Below are positions 1-11,773 of a stretch of DNA of 64,000 bases, one piece after another. This DNA comes from Peptococcia bacterium (GTDB lineage Bacteria > Bacillota > Peptococcia > DRI-13 > DTU073): positions 2,773 to 66,772 of the forward strand of contig JBMNJI010000002.1 in assembly GCA_050951585.1 (NCBI GenBank). The letters run 5' to 3'. Below the pieces are notes generated by a model. That model was not told the origin of the DNA, did not search any database, and saw only the letters and a program-made list of their open reading frames with translations. The first letter of the stretch is position 1. Every line of letters starts with the position of its first letter. The position numbers and the translations under genes are program-made.

Positions 1-561
1 GGCGGTAATCTCCACCACAACTTTATCGCCCGCTTTCGCTCCGCCCGCTTCATTTTTCGGGATGAAGACATCAGTGCCCAACCGCTTCTCATCGGGCGTC
101 ACAAAGCCAAAATAGCGGCTACTTTCGTAAGTGCCCACCAGCTGTTTGTTCGCCCGCTCCAAAATCCGGATTACCTCGCCTTCCGGTTTCCGCCCGTCTT
201 CCAGATGCCGGTGTAAACGTATAATAACCCGGTCGTTGTGCATCGCCCCGTGCAGATCCTCACTGCTGACATAAACATCCTGTGTCTGGACATCATCCGG
301 AATTACAAAAGCAAAACCCTTCGCGCTCCCCTGAATTCGCCCAACCACCAGATTCATTTTTTGCGGCAAGCCATAACGACCCTTCCGGTTTAACACGATC
401 TTCCCGGCCTCTTCTAATTCCTGTAAGAGCATCAGAAAAACAGCCCGATCCTCCAGCGGGTAATTTTTTTGCCTGAGCCGATCCCATAACTCCTCGGCGG
501 AAACAGGCTTATAGGAATCCTGCCACATGTACTCCAGTAATTCTTCTTTCGTAATCATCAT
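1..561 (-). CDS. rnr: Ribonuclease R, N-terminal part (runs off the window start)
   Basis: Manual translation from ATG 561: MMITKEELLEYMWQDSYKPVSAEEL...GRIQGSAKGFAFVIPDD...DLHGAMHNDRV...YFGFVTPDEKRLGTDVFIP (HTH + cold-shock domains of RNase R). RBS AAAGGGG upstream. Not in the ORF track. Confidence 0.93.
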   Translation of the reverse strand, partial: MMITKEELLEYMWQDSYKPVSAEELWDRLRQKNYPLEDRAVFLMLLQELEEAGKIVLNRKGRYGLPQKMNLVVGRIQGSAKGFAFVIPDDVQTQDVYVSSEDLHGAMHNDRVIIRLHRHLEDGRKPEGEVIRILERANKQLVGTYESSRYFGFVTPDEKRLGTDVFIPKNEAGGAKAGDKVVVEITA

Positions 562-701
562 CGATAGAAGTCCCCTTTATCACTAGTCTCTGAACTTCAA
601 ACTACCTATACAATACCATATCCACTGAAGCTTGCCAATTATCCCCACCAGGCACCCATTATCACCACTGGCTTTCATCCCCCTATTCTCGTCATCATTA
701 C

Positions 702-917
702 TCAAAACATAGACAAAACTGCATTCACAATTGTAGTGATTACCTCCGTTGGCCTGGTCATTTTTATGCCGATCACATACAAAAAACTAAGAATGAAAGA
801 TACCAAAAGCAACACCGCAAAAGCCACCAGCTCCCGCCAATATTTTTTCCGGATTAAGCCCGGAACTTCAAAAAGAATGATGGCAAGATAAGCCACAATT
901 AATAAAAACACCAGCAT
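702..917 (-). CDS. Small hydrophobic protein ending the ger operon (putative germinant receptor D-type subunit)
   Basis: About 71 aa with two hydrophobic segments, directly after gerKB. Likely start ATG 917 (MLVFLL) with GGGAGG upstream. Confidence 0.7.
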   Translation of the reverse strand: MLVFLLIVAYLAIILFEVPGLIRKKYWRELVAFAVLLLVSFILSFLYVIGIKMTRPTEVITTIVNAVLSMF

Positions 918-924
918 TTTGTGC

Positions 925-2160
925 TTACCCCCTCCCGCCATTCTCCGCCTTGCTATTTACGCCTTCTCCTTGCCGGTTGTTTCTCTTGTTGCCCCGCTCC
1001 CCTTGAATACTTCCATTCCCTGCTTCCTCATCTTGTTCATTTTTCCTTTGGCCGCCTTGCTCTCCCTGCTTATTCTTCCCGGGAACACCCCTGATTACCG
1101 CCACCAGCAAGGACAGCAGCGGCAGTCCGATTTGAAAAGGAATACTGTAATAGGGATAGATGCTAAAGGAAAAGTTGATATTTTCTACATTGCTTTCAAA
1201 TAGGAAAATACTAAGGAACACCATTAAGGCCCCCACCGGCAGGACTAAGGGTAAATAGCTGCGCAGCCTTACAAGCTGTGCGAGACCCAAAACAGTTCCA
1301 TAATAATAGATGGCGATTTTAATAAAGCCAAGTGACAATAAAATGGCCCCAATAATAATCTCCAACCTTGTGATAATTTCGCCGATATTAATAAATCTAA
1401 TTACCGGAAAGGATGGATATGTTTGAATAGAAGCCGTCGCCCCAAGAACCCCGGTATTTCTGGCTGAAAGCCACGAAAGCAGTAAACCACCTGCAAACAT
1501 CGCCCAAAACATCGCGGTCCCCGCTTTGCGCTGATTATTGCTAAAAGCCAGGACCATCAAAAAGATGACCGTTTCACCAAATGGGAATGTAGCCACACCA
1601 TGACTGACCGCGAAAAATTCTTTCCATTGTACATCAAGTACCGGCAATAAATTACTCAACTCAGTTTCCCGAATTAATAAAAGAGAATCAAAGACGATAA
1701 AGAAAACAGCGATCGGCACTAAAAACATACTGCAGCGCCCTAACACCTCTAGCCCATTGCGCACAGCCGAGGCACAAAGCAATGCTAAAGTCAGCATTAT
1801 TACAATAATCGGTGTTTCCGGATAGACTATCGCAGTATAAAAATCGCCAAAATCTCTCAGGACGATCCCGCCTAAATGCAAAAAAAACCAGAGATAAGCC
1901 AGCGAGACTAATTTCCCCAGAAGAGGGCCAAAAATCAGGTCATTTATTTGCACCAAAGTCTGACCCTGAAATCTTGCCGTCAAGGTCACGAAAACCCAAA
2001 GAAAAAGTAAGCCCTCTACCATCCCGGCCAAAACACTGAGCCAACCGTCACGACCAATCGACTGCGCCGGATTAAGAATCATACTGGAACCTAAAAGCAT
2101 CCCGAGAACGATAAAAAACAACTGTGCATTAGCCACTTTACCAGCTTCAAGCTTCATCAC
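925..2160 (-). CDS. gerKB: Spore germination protein, GerAB/GerKB family (APC-like permease)
   Basis: About 10 TM segments, motifs GRDGWLS, PETP, FPFGE; operon with A and C subunits. Confidence 0.9.
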   Translation of the reverse strand: MMKLEAGKVANAQLFFIVLGMLLGSSMILNPAQSIGRDGWLSVLAGMVEGLLFLWVFVTLTARFQGQTLVQINDLIFGPLLGKLVSLAYLWFFLHLGGIVLRDFGDFYTAIVYPETPIIVIMLTLALLCASAVRNGLEVLGRCSMFLVPIAVFFIVFDSLLLIRETELSNLLPVLDVQWKEFFAVSHGVATFPFGETVIFLMVLAFSNNQRKAGTAMFWAMFAGGLLLSWLSARNTGVLGATASIQTYPSFPVIRFINIGEIITRLEIIIGAILLSLGFIKIAIYYYGTVLGLAQLVRLRSYLPLVLPVGALMVFLSIFLFESNVENINFSFSIYPYYSIPFQIGLPLLSLLVAVIRGVPGKNKQGEQGGQRKNEQDEEAGNGSIQGERGNKRNNRQGEGVNSKAENGGRG

Positions 2161-2161
2161 C

Positions 2162-3346
2162 CTAATCCGCCTCCGGCACCGCAGGACGAGTTGTCATGCC
2201 CGTGCGACGCAAATCAGCCTCGACCGCAATCTTCACTTCCAACTCCGGAAAAACTTCATCCCAGTGTGGCTCTATTTTTTTCCACTCACGAGGATATTTC
2301 TTATAAATCTGCTCCCCAAAACCAAAAACATCCGCATTTAGTTGCTGAGCCTTTGCCAAAGTAGCCTTTACTTCGTGACGGATTACGCCTGCCTGGTGCT
2401 CCTCTAAAGTTGTCCAGGCTTCCGTGTTCATCAGATTCGCTGTGCCTCTTTCTTCACCCAGATTGCCCTCCTCCTTTATTTTAACCATGATATAAGGCGT
2501 GCCATCCTCCTTCATCCCAGGGGTAATATCGCACTTTGCCCGCAATATCTCTAAGCTAACCTCCTCCTTCCCGTCGGGCCCTTTCACAACAATAATTCCG
2601 CTTTGCACTTTGTTTAAGACCCACAGCAGACCGCGGGTTTCCGTGAGCGTTAAATGGCCAACCAGTTTGTCTTTTTTAAAGACCGCCGTCCCTACTAAAC
2701 GCGCTTTTTTTTCCTCACCCGTTCCCTCAACTTGGACCAAAGACGCCACCGGAGCAGTTGTTTTACTAATCAAACGCTGGACGAACATATTCACGTTTGC
2801 CGCCATTATTTCGGAAGTCGCCACGTACCCTTCAATCAACATGGACAAATTTATGGCCGGTATTTTTTCCAAATCTGCCTTCGCGTCCAAAACCTCCCCG
2901 GCCTCTCCTTTCGCCACTACAACCCACGTTGTCAAGCGAGGCTCCGGATCCCGGATAAATGTATCCATACATTTTTGTACCCCGGTACGGGCCATTTTAT
3001 CGCCAAAAATCACCACTTCATTATGGGGTATATATAACCTCCGGTCAACAAAGTGGGTAAACCGCCGCACTGTCTCAAAAAAAGTATCGCCGGTATTCGT
3101 GACATTTAAATAAGGTTTCCCTCCCCCGCCGCCACTTCCGCCGCCACCTCCGCTGTATGGTTGAATCTCGCCCGGTTTGATGATTTGCACCGTAACCTTT
3201 ATCTTATCCTTCTCCTCAGCTTGATCAATGGCGAACCCGGTAACAATCGCCAACTGATCCAGCTCCCGCCAATCCCAGCACCCAACCAAACTAAATATAC
3301 CCGCCATCATCATTATTATAAAGGCCAGCTTCCTCATCTTTATCAC
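2162..3346 (-). CDS. gerKC: Spore germination lipoprotein, Ger(x)C family
   Basis: Lipobox LVGC followed by WDWRELDQLAIVTGFAID; DVFGFGEQI motif. Confidence 0.92.
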   Translation of the reverse strand: MIKMRKLAFIIMMMAGIFSLVGCWDWRELDQLAIVTGFAIDQAEEKDKIKVTVQIIKPGEIQPYSGGGGGSGGGGGKPYLNVTNTGDTFFETVRRFTHFVDRRLYIPHNEVVIFGDKMARTGVQKCMDTFIRDPEPRLTTWVVVAKGEAGEVLDAKADLEKIPAINLSMLIEGYVATSEIMAANVNMFVQRLISKTTAPVASLVQVEGTGEEKKARLVGTAVFKKDKLVGHLTLTETRGLLWVLNKVQSGIIVVKGPDGKEEVSLEILRAKCDITPGMKEDGTPYIMVKIKEEGNLGEERGTANLMNTEAWTTLEEHQAGVIRHEVKATLAKAQQLNADVFGFGEQIYKKYPREWKKIEPHWDEVFPELEVKIAVEADLRRTGMTTRPAVPEAD

Positions 3347-3355
3347 CTCCGCTCC

Positions 3356-4954
3356 TTATGGTTGCTTCCGTTCCGGTCGTGGCATAAGGCCCACCTGGGT
3401 ACGTTGGCGGTTCTTGCTCAGCATCTTGGGCCTTGTTATTTGCGCCCAAAGAGGCACTCGAACCATCGTATCCTGCATGGCGGGAAGGTTCACCGGGGCA
3501 AAAGGCGCAAAATATGGTACACCGAACGATCTTAAAGAAGCAAGATGAATCAGTAACGCCAAAAAGACAATAAAAATGCCAAATGCGCCCATAAAACCCG
3601 CCGCGAAAATCAAAATAAAGCGCAGAATGGTCACCGCATCCGTCTGGGCAGGAATGACAAAAGAGGCAATGGCGGTTAGAGAAACAACAATCACCATAGG
3701 TGCCCCGATTAAACCAGCGCTCACAGCCGACTCGCCGATAACCAGGGCCCCCACAATACTGATCGCGAATCCAATCGGTCGAGGTAAGCGAATCCCCGCT
3801 TCCCGCAGTATTTCAAAGATTACACCCATCAACAGAACCTCAACAAGGGCTGGAAAAGGGGTTCCTTCACTGGCTGCGGCCATGGTGATCAATAAGGGCG
3901 TAGGAATCAGCTCCTGATGAAAAGTGGTGAGGGCCACATAAACTGCCGGCGCAGAAGTCGTGATGAAAAAGCAGAGATACCTGATCCATCTGATCAGACT
4001 CGCATAATAAGGGCGGGAATAATAATCCTCCGGTGACTGAAAGCTTGACGCAAACAACGCCGGTACAGTTAACACAATCGGAGTGCCATCAGTAATGATC
4101 GCCACCCGGCCTTCCAATATTTTCGCCGCCACCGTATCCGGTCTTTCACTATTGGCGACCGTCGGAAAGATGGAAAAGGGCGCATCCTCAATATACTGCT
4201 CCAGATACCCCGACTCTAATATCGCATCGGTCTTAATCCGCCCGAGCCGCTTCCGCACCTCTTCCACCACTTCAGGATTAACCACGCCATTTAAGTAGGC
4301 GATGCAGACCTTGGTCCTTGTTTTTTCGCCGATCTGCATTTCCTCGATGACAAAATCAGGATGATGAATTCTTCTCCTTAATAACGCCGTATTGAGCCCT
4401 ATAGTTTCCGTAAACCCTTCCCTTGCGCCGCGCACCAGCGCTTCTGTTTTCGGTTCCTCTATCCCCCGGTTTTCCCAGCCCTTTGTATTCAGGGCTAATG
4501 CTTCGGCAAAACCATCCGCCAGCAATATAGTATCCCCATATAAACAGTTATTGAGGACATCATCAATCTTTGTGACTATCTGTGTACAGCTAATGGAAAC
4601 AAGCCGCTCCCCCAAGCTAGTGATACTCTTTCCCCGCTGGAACTCTTTAGTCGAAAAAAGATGGCTCTCGAACATCAATGGCTTGAGGATATATTCATTA
4701 ATATATTCTCTATAGACTAGCCCCTCAAAATAAAGAAGAGCAAACCGAATTTTTTCATGCGTGCCAATACTAAATTCACGCAACACAAAATCTCTATTCT
4801 TCCCCAGGATATCATTGAATAAAGCCACATTTTCATTTAAATCCCGGGAAAGCTGCTGATCTTGTTTTATCGGCTGCTCTTCTTTTTGCCCTTGTTTTAA
4901 TATTTTTCTTAAACGCAATGCCTTCAGAATTTTTTTCAGCATATTTTTACCCAT
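3356..4954 (-). CDS. gerKA: Spore germination protein, GerA/GerKA family
   Basis: EPKTEALVRGAREGF, SERPD, PFPALVE, EILREAGIRLP, SFGVPY motifs. Confidence 0.95.
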   Translation of the reverse strand: MGKNMLKKILKALRLRKILKQGQKEEQPIKQDQQLSRDLNENVALFNDILGKNRDFVLREFSIGTHEKIRFALLYFEGLVYREYINEYILKPLMFESHLFSTKEFQRGKSITSLGERLVSISCTQIVTKIDDVLNNCLYGDTILLADGFAEALALNTKGWENRGIEEPKTEALVRGAREGFTETIGLNTALLRRRIHHPDFVIEEMQIGEKTRTKVCIAYLNGVVNPEVVEEVRKRLGRIKTDAILESGYLEQYIEDAPFSIFPTVANSERPDTVAAKILEGRVAIITDGTPIVLTVPALFASSFQSPEDYYSRPYYASLIRWIRYLCFFITTSAPAVYVALTTFHQELIPTPLLITMAAASEGTPFPALVEVLLMGVIFEILREAGIRLPRPIGFAISIVGALVIGESAVSAGLIGAPMVIVVSLTAIASFVIPAQTDAVTILRFILIFAAGFMGAFGIFIVFLALLIHLASLRSFGVPYFAPFAPVNLPAMQDTMVRVPLWAQITRPKMLSKNRQRTQVGLMPRPERKQP

Positions 4955-4980
4955 TCCTCAATGCTTTTTTCCAACAACTT

Positions 4981-5010
4981 TATTCTGGCATTATACAGGT
5001 AAAAATATGC
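4981..5010 (-). promoter_or_regulatory. SigG-type forespore promoter of the ger operon
   Basis: Minus strand GCATA-N18-CAGAATA, close to the B. subtilis SigG consensus GMATR-N18-CATAMTA, just upstream of gerKA. Confidence 0.65.
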
Positions 5011-5052
5011 ACCCTCGGGAAATTGCCAATTCTTAAGAGAGATAACGCAATT

Positions 5053-5607
5053 TTACAAACCCAGTTCCTGATGGATCGCCTTCATCGCCTCCAAACTGAT
5101 CCCCAGAAATTCCTCCAGAGAGAGTCCCATTTCCGTACAGCTGGCAATCACCTCGCGCCGCGCCCCCCGGGCAAAGGATTTCTCATGATACCGGTTCACC
5201 AGGAAGGGAACATCAAGAGGGGCCAGCTTCTTTTCCGGCCTGATTAACGCCCCGGCGACGATTAGACCCGTGACCGGATCCGTAGCATAAAGGGCTTTGT
5301 CAATCAGTTTTTCCCGTTCGACCCCATGATAATCATTGTGCGTGATGACCGCATGAACCAACTCCGCTGGAAACCCCGTATCCTCCAGGATTTTCCCGCC
5401 CACCAGACTGTGCCGGGAAAGGTCATCCTTGGTTTCGTCATAATCAATATCATGGAGGAGTCCCGCCAAACCCCACAACTCCTCATCCTCACCGAAATGC
5501 CTGGCTAATCCTTTCATGACAGCCTCTGCCGCATACATATGCTTTAAAAGATTCTTGCCGGCCACTTTTTCTTTTAATAGCTCTAATGCTTCTTCCCGCT
5601 TCATCAT
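5053..5607 (-). CDS. HD/HDIG-domain metal-dependent phosphohydrolase
   Basis: KHMYA...GLLHDIDY...HS...HN...D motifs; start 5607 after AAGGAG. Confidence 0.88.
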   Translation of the reverse strand: MMKREEALELLKEKVAGKNLLKHMYAAEAVMKGLARHFGEDEELWGLAGLLHDIDYDETKDDLSRHSLVGGKILEDTGFPAELVHAVITHNDYHGVEREKLIDKALYATDPVTGLIVAGALIRPEKKLAPLDVPFLVNRYHEKSFARGARREVIASCTEMGLSLEEFLGISLEAMKAIHQELGL

Positions 5608-5676
5608 CTTGCATATCTCCTTTCGTCTCTTGTAATTATTACAACTATATATCAACAATATTTTTTAGACAAGCAC

Positions 5677-5707
5677 AAAAAAGACGCCGATAAGAATATC
5701 GACGTCT
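5677..5707 (-). terminator. Intrinsic terminator after the dynamin-like gene
   Basis: Minus strand AGACGTCGAT-attctt-ATCGGCGTCT followed by a T-run. Confidence 0.7.
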
Positions 5708-5745
5708 CGTTTTACAGCTCACCGTATACAGCTTACAGTTTACTC

Positions 5746-7725
5746 TTACAGTTTACTGTTGAGCCGCTCCAAAATATTATCGGCCTTCTTTTCAAACTTC
5801 GCAAGCTCTTTGAGGCACTTCTGAATTTCCGCCTCGGTCATCTTCTTCATCTTAATGGATGAATCAAGGGCGGACTTTTTAATCTGGTAACATTCCTCAA
5901 TAATCTTATCAAATTCGTTGATACTATTTTTAACGGAAATGTCAACCTGTTCGCCAATCTGTTTTTTGACCTTAATATAAAGTTCATCGATCTGGTCAGA
6001 ATATAGTACTCTGTTGATCGTCTCCTTAATCCTATTCCGAACCTTATCTTCATTCATTTCCGCTAACTCGGTAATCGTCTTCCTCAGTAAGCCCTTCACA
6101 AACCCAAAGAGTTTCCCATACCTGTTCTGCTCGTCCTCGATCAGCTCTCCGAGTCCTTTCTTTTCGATTTTATTCGTATCAAAAACAAAACGGTACTCCA
6201 GATTTTCATAATTCATAAACTCAATTTTGTATTGCAGCTCAAACTGCTCATCAATAATCTTTTCCAGACTATTAATCGCTTTTTCGCGGAAAGAATAAAG
6301 CATTTTCTCTTTTTCCTGAATGAATCTGTTAATCTCCTGGGCTATTTTGATATTGACCGTCTCAACCACATATTTAGCCCCATCGGCACGAATAATATCA
6401 ATGTACTGGGAGTTAAGATCCTTCAATACCTCTTCGTAAATAGCGTCCACCAAATCCTTTTTCTCATTCAGCGATAACATCTTGCATTTATCCGCATCAT
6501 TCTTAAACTGCGCTTTAACCGGTTTAGCTTCTTCATTCAATGTTTCCAGCTTTTGCTTAAGCTGCTCTGTTTTTTCCGCCAGTCTCAGTAACCCCGGGTC
6601 GTTTTCCCTGATTATTTTGAACTCATGAATACTGTTTTTGATGGCCATACAGGCATTACGAATTACGGTCTTGGCTTTTAACAGCTTTTCCTGAGAGCAG
6701 GCCAGCTTGAAAAAGCCGCTGTTAAACTGTTGATAAACAAAATCAAAGTTACTTAATTCATGAAGTGGCTCTAATGATTTGCATTCCTCGACCTGTTCCT
6801 TTACATTGGAATCAATTTTTTCCGTTTCTTTATTCTTCACAGCCTCTAAAAACGCTTTGTAATCTTTTCCGTATTTTTTATAGTACAATTCATAAACGGA
6901 AGAAACGGCACATTTTGAAGCAACGTCGGATAGTTTTGTTCTTTCCTGATCAGCGAAATGAACCTTATCCAGGATCTCGTCTAAAGAACCAAAAGCATCC
7001 TCAATTTCACTGTCACGGATGGAATCCATCTGATTAATGATAAACAAAATATTGACACTGTCCTTATGGGCCAGATTATAGCTTGTTAATACTTCATTCA
7101 GATAATGCTGCAAATAAAACATTTCTTGCTTATTCCCAACCTGTTTGGCCAGCATCAGGACAATAATCGCCTTACTGTTTCTTAAGACAGAGTTGGTAAT
7201 CTCATCGTGAATTTCGTTGGGACTGGAAAAACCGGGGGTATCGATAAGCACCAGCCCATCCTTACAGATCGGTAAAGGAAATTTAATATTTACCCTGGTA
7301 ATATCCGGATTAAAATGGTCCTCGGATACGTATTTCGCCAGCAACTCACTGGTATATTTATTGTCAATCTTAATAGTATCGGAACGATTATCTTTATATG
7401 TAACGATAATCTCGGCATCCTTGGAATATTCAATATACGTCGAAGTAGACGTACACCTTTTTAACCGTGAAGGAAGAATCTCCCGGCCTAAAATCGCATT
7501 GATAAAGGTAGATTTACCCACATTAAAGCTCCCGATAATAGATACCTCATAACGGTTATCTTCCAACTCACGGATAATATCTACAAATTGGGATTCCGTA
7601 TATAGTTCCTGAAAATCCGTCTTATACGCATAGTTATTGTCAAGTTTGTCTGCTACTCCAGAAAGGTCGCGGCACGCCTGTTTGAGACTTTTTACATTCT
7701 TCGCATAATGCTCTAGTACTCCCAT
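5746..7725 (-). CDS. Bacterial dynamin-like GTPase (Dynamin_N domain + helical stalk)
   Basis: G1 GSFNVGKST, LPS...CT (G2), G3 DTPG, G4 variant NQMD; long coiled-coil C-terminal half; visibly more AT-rich than neighbours. Confidence 0.88.
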   Translation of the reverse strand: MGVLEHYAKNVKSLKQACRDLSGVADKLDNNYAYKTDFQELYTESQFVDIIRELEDNRYEVSIIGSFNVGKSTFINAILGREILPSRLKRCTSTSTYIEYSKDAEIIVTYKDNRSDTIKIDNKYTSELLAKYVSEDHFNPDITRVNIKFPLPICKDGLVLIDTPGFSSPNEIHDEITNSVLRNSKAIIVLMLAKQVGNKQEMFYLQHYLNEVLTSYNLAHKDSVNILFIINQMDSIRDSEIEDAFGSLDEILDKVHFADQERTKLSDVASKCAVSSVYELYYKKYGKDYKAFLEAVKNKETEKIDSNVKEQVEECKSLEPLHELSNFDFVYQQFNSGFFKLACSQEKLLKAKTVIRNACMAIKNSIHEFKIIRENDPGLLRLAEKTEQLKQKLETLNEEAKPVKAQFKNDADKCKMLSLNEKKDLVDAIYEEVLKDLNSQYIDIIRADGAKYVVETVNIKIAQEINRFIQEKEKMLYSFREKAINSLEKIIDEQFELQYKIEFMNYENLEYRFVFDTNKIEKKGLGELIEDEQNRYGKLFGFVKGLLRKTITELAEMNEDKVRNRIKETINRVLYSDQIDELYIKVKKQIGEQVDISVKNSINEFDKIIEECYQIKKSALDSSIKMKKMTEAEIQKCLKELAKFEKKADNILERLNSKL

Positions 7726-7879
7726 ATGAGAATCCTCCAGTATATTGTAGAATATTTTAAATACATTATACCATAAAGAACAATTAATAAAATAGAAAAT
7801 TCTATTTTGTCAAGAAAAATTTTTTTCACTTTTTTGCCATATTTCGCTAATAAATGTTCCTGCAAAATGTTACCTCCAG

Positions 7880-7928
7880 AAAACAAAGGCTGTCCCAACC
7901 GCAGAAGCGTGAGACAGCCTTTTGTTTG
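7880..7928 (-). terminator. Intrinsic terminator after hppA
   Basis: Inverted repeat aaaggctgtc...gacagccttt flanked by A/T runs. Confidence 0.7.
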
Positions 7929-7953
7929 CATTCGTAAGACTAATCGCCAAAGA

Positions 7954-9963
7954 TTACATAAAGATCGGGGCAAATACTAAAGCCACAATCGTCATCAGCT
8001 TAATTAAGATATTCAGCGAAGGCCCTGAAGTATCCTTAAACGGATCTCCTACGGTATCACCGTTAACAGCGGCCGCATGAGCCTCGGATCCTTTACCGCC
8101 ATACTGTCCGCCCTCGATATATTTCTTGGCATTATCCCAAGCCCCGCCGGCATTAGCCATCATGATCGCCAGTAAGAATCCGGTGACCAAAGCACCGGCC
8201 AACAATCCGCCGAGCGCTTCTTTGCCCAGGCCCGGGAATAAACCAACCACAATCGGCACAACAACAGCCAAGAGACCAGGGATAATCATTTCCCTGATTG
8301 CCGCAGCGGTGCTGATGCTGACACATTTCGCATATTCAGGTTTGGCTGTACCCTCCATCAGTCCGGGTATTTCTCTGAACTGTCTTCTCACTTCGTCAAT
8401 CATATCGCTGGCCGCTCTTCCTACGGCACCCATCGTTAAAGCCGAGAATAAGAAAGGCAACATCCCGCCGATAAACAACCCTGCCACTACCGCCGGATTA
8501 AGCACATTCAGCATTTCGATGCCCACTGCCTGCGTATAAGCACTAAATAAGGCCAAAGCCGTCAGAGCAGCCGAACCAATAGCAAAGCCTTTCCCGATCG
8601 CCGCTGTCGTATTACCTACAGCATCCAAACCATCAGTAATCTCTCTGACTTTAGGGTCCAGATGAGACATCTCCGCGATTCCACCGGCGTTATCCGCAAT
8701 CGGGCCATAAGCATCCACCGCCACAACCATTCCGGTAGTGGAAAGCATCCCAACCGCCGCCAAAGCAATACCATACAAACCGGCAAACTGATAAGAAAGC
8801 AAGATAGCAATTACGATCACCAGGACGGGGAACATCGTTGACAGCATTCCTACACCCAGTCCGGAAATAATATTTGTCGCGGTCCCTGTTTGCGAAGCTT
8901 TCGCAATCCCTTTAACAGGGTTAAAGTCTGCGGAAGTGTAATACTCGGTAATTTTCCCGATAATAAACCCGGCCAATAAACCGGCTACCGTGGCAATGAA
9001 AACATTAAACCCTGTAATATCGCCTGTTTCCGGCAACATATTCGTGGCCAGAAAATAGGTGGCCACTAAAGAAAGAATCATCGCCACTGTTTCACCCATA
9101 TTCAAAGCCTTCGAAGCATTTGCACCCTCACCGGTTCTGACAAAGAAGCTCCCGATGATCGACGCAACTACACCGGCCGCAGCAATCAAAAACGGTAAAA
9201 TAATCCCATTAGTGCCCAAGCCCAAAGCAACTGCTAAAGCAATCGCAGCAATAATCGAACCCACATATGATTCGAAAAGATCGGCTCCCATGCCCGCAAC
9301 GTCACCAACATTATCACCAACGTTATCGGCAATAACCGCCGGGTTACGAGGATCATCCTCGGGGATTCCGGCCTCTACCTTACCGACCAGATCAGCCCCT
9401 ACATCAGCAGCCTTTGTGTAAATACCACCGCCGACACGCCCAAATAAAGCGATAGAGCTTGCCCCAAGCGCAAATCCGTTAATTGTATTGGGATTATCGA
9501 ATAAAAAAGTAACAATGCCTAAACCAACAAGCCCCAAGCCAACCACGCACATCCCCATGACGGCACCGCCGGAAAAAGCCACGCCTAAAGCCTTATTGGC
9601 ACTTGTCTGCGCCGCATTCGCCGTTCTTACATTAGCCTTCGTGGCTACAGTCATGCCAATAAAACCGGCCGTTACGGAACAAATAGCCCCAATAATAAAC
9701 GCGATCGCCGTTTCAGGCTGTAAGCTGTCTGCTCCTTCCGTAAAATATCCGGTCAAAAAGATGACCGTAGCAACCGCAAGTACAAAAACAAACAGGGCCT
9801 TATATTCCCTCTTTAAAAAAGCCATTGCCCCTTCCTGAATAGCACCGGCAATCTCTTGCATGGTCTGATTACCAGGTTCCACTCTTAAAATACGTGCTGT
9901 CAAATAAAAAGCAAATAAAAGTGCGGCCACCCCGGCAAGAGGTGCCCAAACCGTAAAATTCAT
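7954..9963 (-). CDS. hppA: Membrane-integral pyrophosphatase, K+-dependent, probably Na+-translocating
   Basis: [30 protein letters not shown] motifs; GNTTAA (Ala, not Lys) marks the K+-dependent type. Confidence 0.95.
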   Translation of the reverse strand: MNFTVWAPLAGVAALLFAFYLTARILRVEPGNQTMQEIAGAIQEGAMAFLKREYKALFVFVLAVATVIFLTGYFTEGADSLQPETAIAFIIGAICSVTAGFIGMTVATKANVRTANAAQTSANKALGVAFSGGAVMGMCVVGLGLVGLGIVTFLFDNPNTINGFALGASSIALFGRVGGGIYTKAADVGADLVGKVEAGIPEDDPRNPAVIADNVGDNVGDVAGMGADLFESYVGSIIAAIALAVALGLGTNGIILPFLIAAAGVVASIIGSFFVRTGEGANASKALNMGETVAMILSLVATYFLATNMLPETGDITGFNVFIATVAGLLAGFIIGKITEYYTSADFNPVKGIAKASQTGTATNIISGLGVGMLSTMFPVLVIVIAILLSYQFAGLYGIALAAVGMLSTTGMVVAVDAYGPIADNAGGIAEMSHLDPKVREITDGLDAVGNTTAAIGKGFAIGSAALTALALFSAYTQAVGIEMLNVLNPAVVAGLFIGGMLPFLFSALTMGAVGRAASDMIDEVRRQFREIPGLMEGTAKPEYAKCVSISTAAAIREMIIPGLLAVVVPIVVGLFPGLGKEALGGLLAGALVTGFLLAIMMANAGGAWDNAKKYIEGGQYGGKGSEAHAAAVNGDTVGDPFKDTSGPSLNILIKLMTIVALVFAPIFM

Positions 9964-10033
9964 TTCTCCTCTTCCTCCCTTAAAAATGCGTGAAAGCCCT
10001 TTTTGTTTACTTCTCTATCTTTTTTACCATTGC

Positions 10034-10258
10034 TTAAACCACGGATAATAATAACGTGAAAACCATAAAGGAAATCGCCATAATCGTGGCAAGCTTAGCC
10101 AAAAAGTCATCCAGTCCCTTTTTCTTGCCGCCGAATAATGTTTCAGCACCGCCCGCAATAGACCCGGATAGTCCGGCACTTTTCCCCGATTGCAGCAATA
10201 CGGTTGAAATCAGACCCAGCGAAGCGATGACCTGTAGTATAATCAAGGCTGTCTTCAT
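10034..10258 (-). CDS. secG: Preprotein translocase subunit SecG
   Basis: VLLQSGKSAGLSGSIAGG motif, two TMs, follows eno; start ATG 10258 after AAGGAGG. Confidence 0.95.
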   Translation of the reverse strand: MKTALIILQVIASLGLISTVLLQSGKSAGLSGSIAGGAETLFGGKKKGLDDFLAKLATIMAISFMVFTLLLSVV

Positions 10259-10409
10259 GTTAACCCCCCTCCTTAGAATTTTCATATAATTTTATTTTCA
10301 TTTCTAAATTATAACAGATGCTTAACCGAAATACCAGACAGAAAAATATTCATCTGTCTGGTACCCGGTATCCTATATGTCACGCCGTATTTAGACGGTT
10401 TTCGACACT

Positions 10410-11699
<1,290 letters not shown>

Positions 11700-11773
11700 T
11701 TAACCTCCTTATTTATTTTCAAGGTTTATTATCAGGGTTCTATACCCCAATCAACGTATTAAGCTTTCCCCGG

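Noticed and set aside
5732-5757. 13-bp duplication as an attachment or target-site duplication for the dynamin insert
   Set aside because: Both copies are adjacent; no matching copy seen on the other flank and no integrase or transposase nearby.
7713-7973. 86-aa ORF between hppA and the dynamin gene
   Set aside because: Runs through a terminator and promoter region, has no convincing RBS and no recognisable motif.
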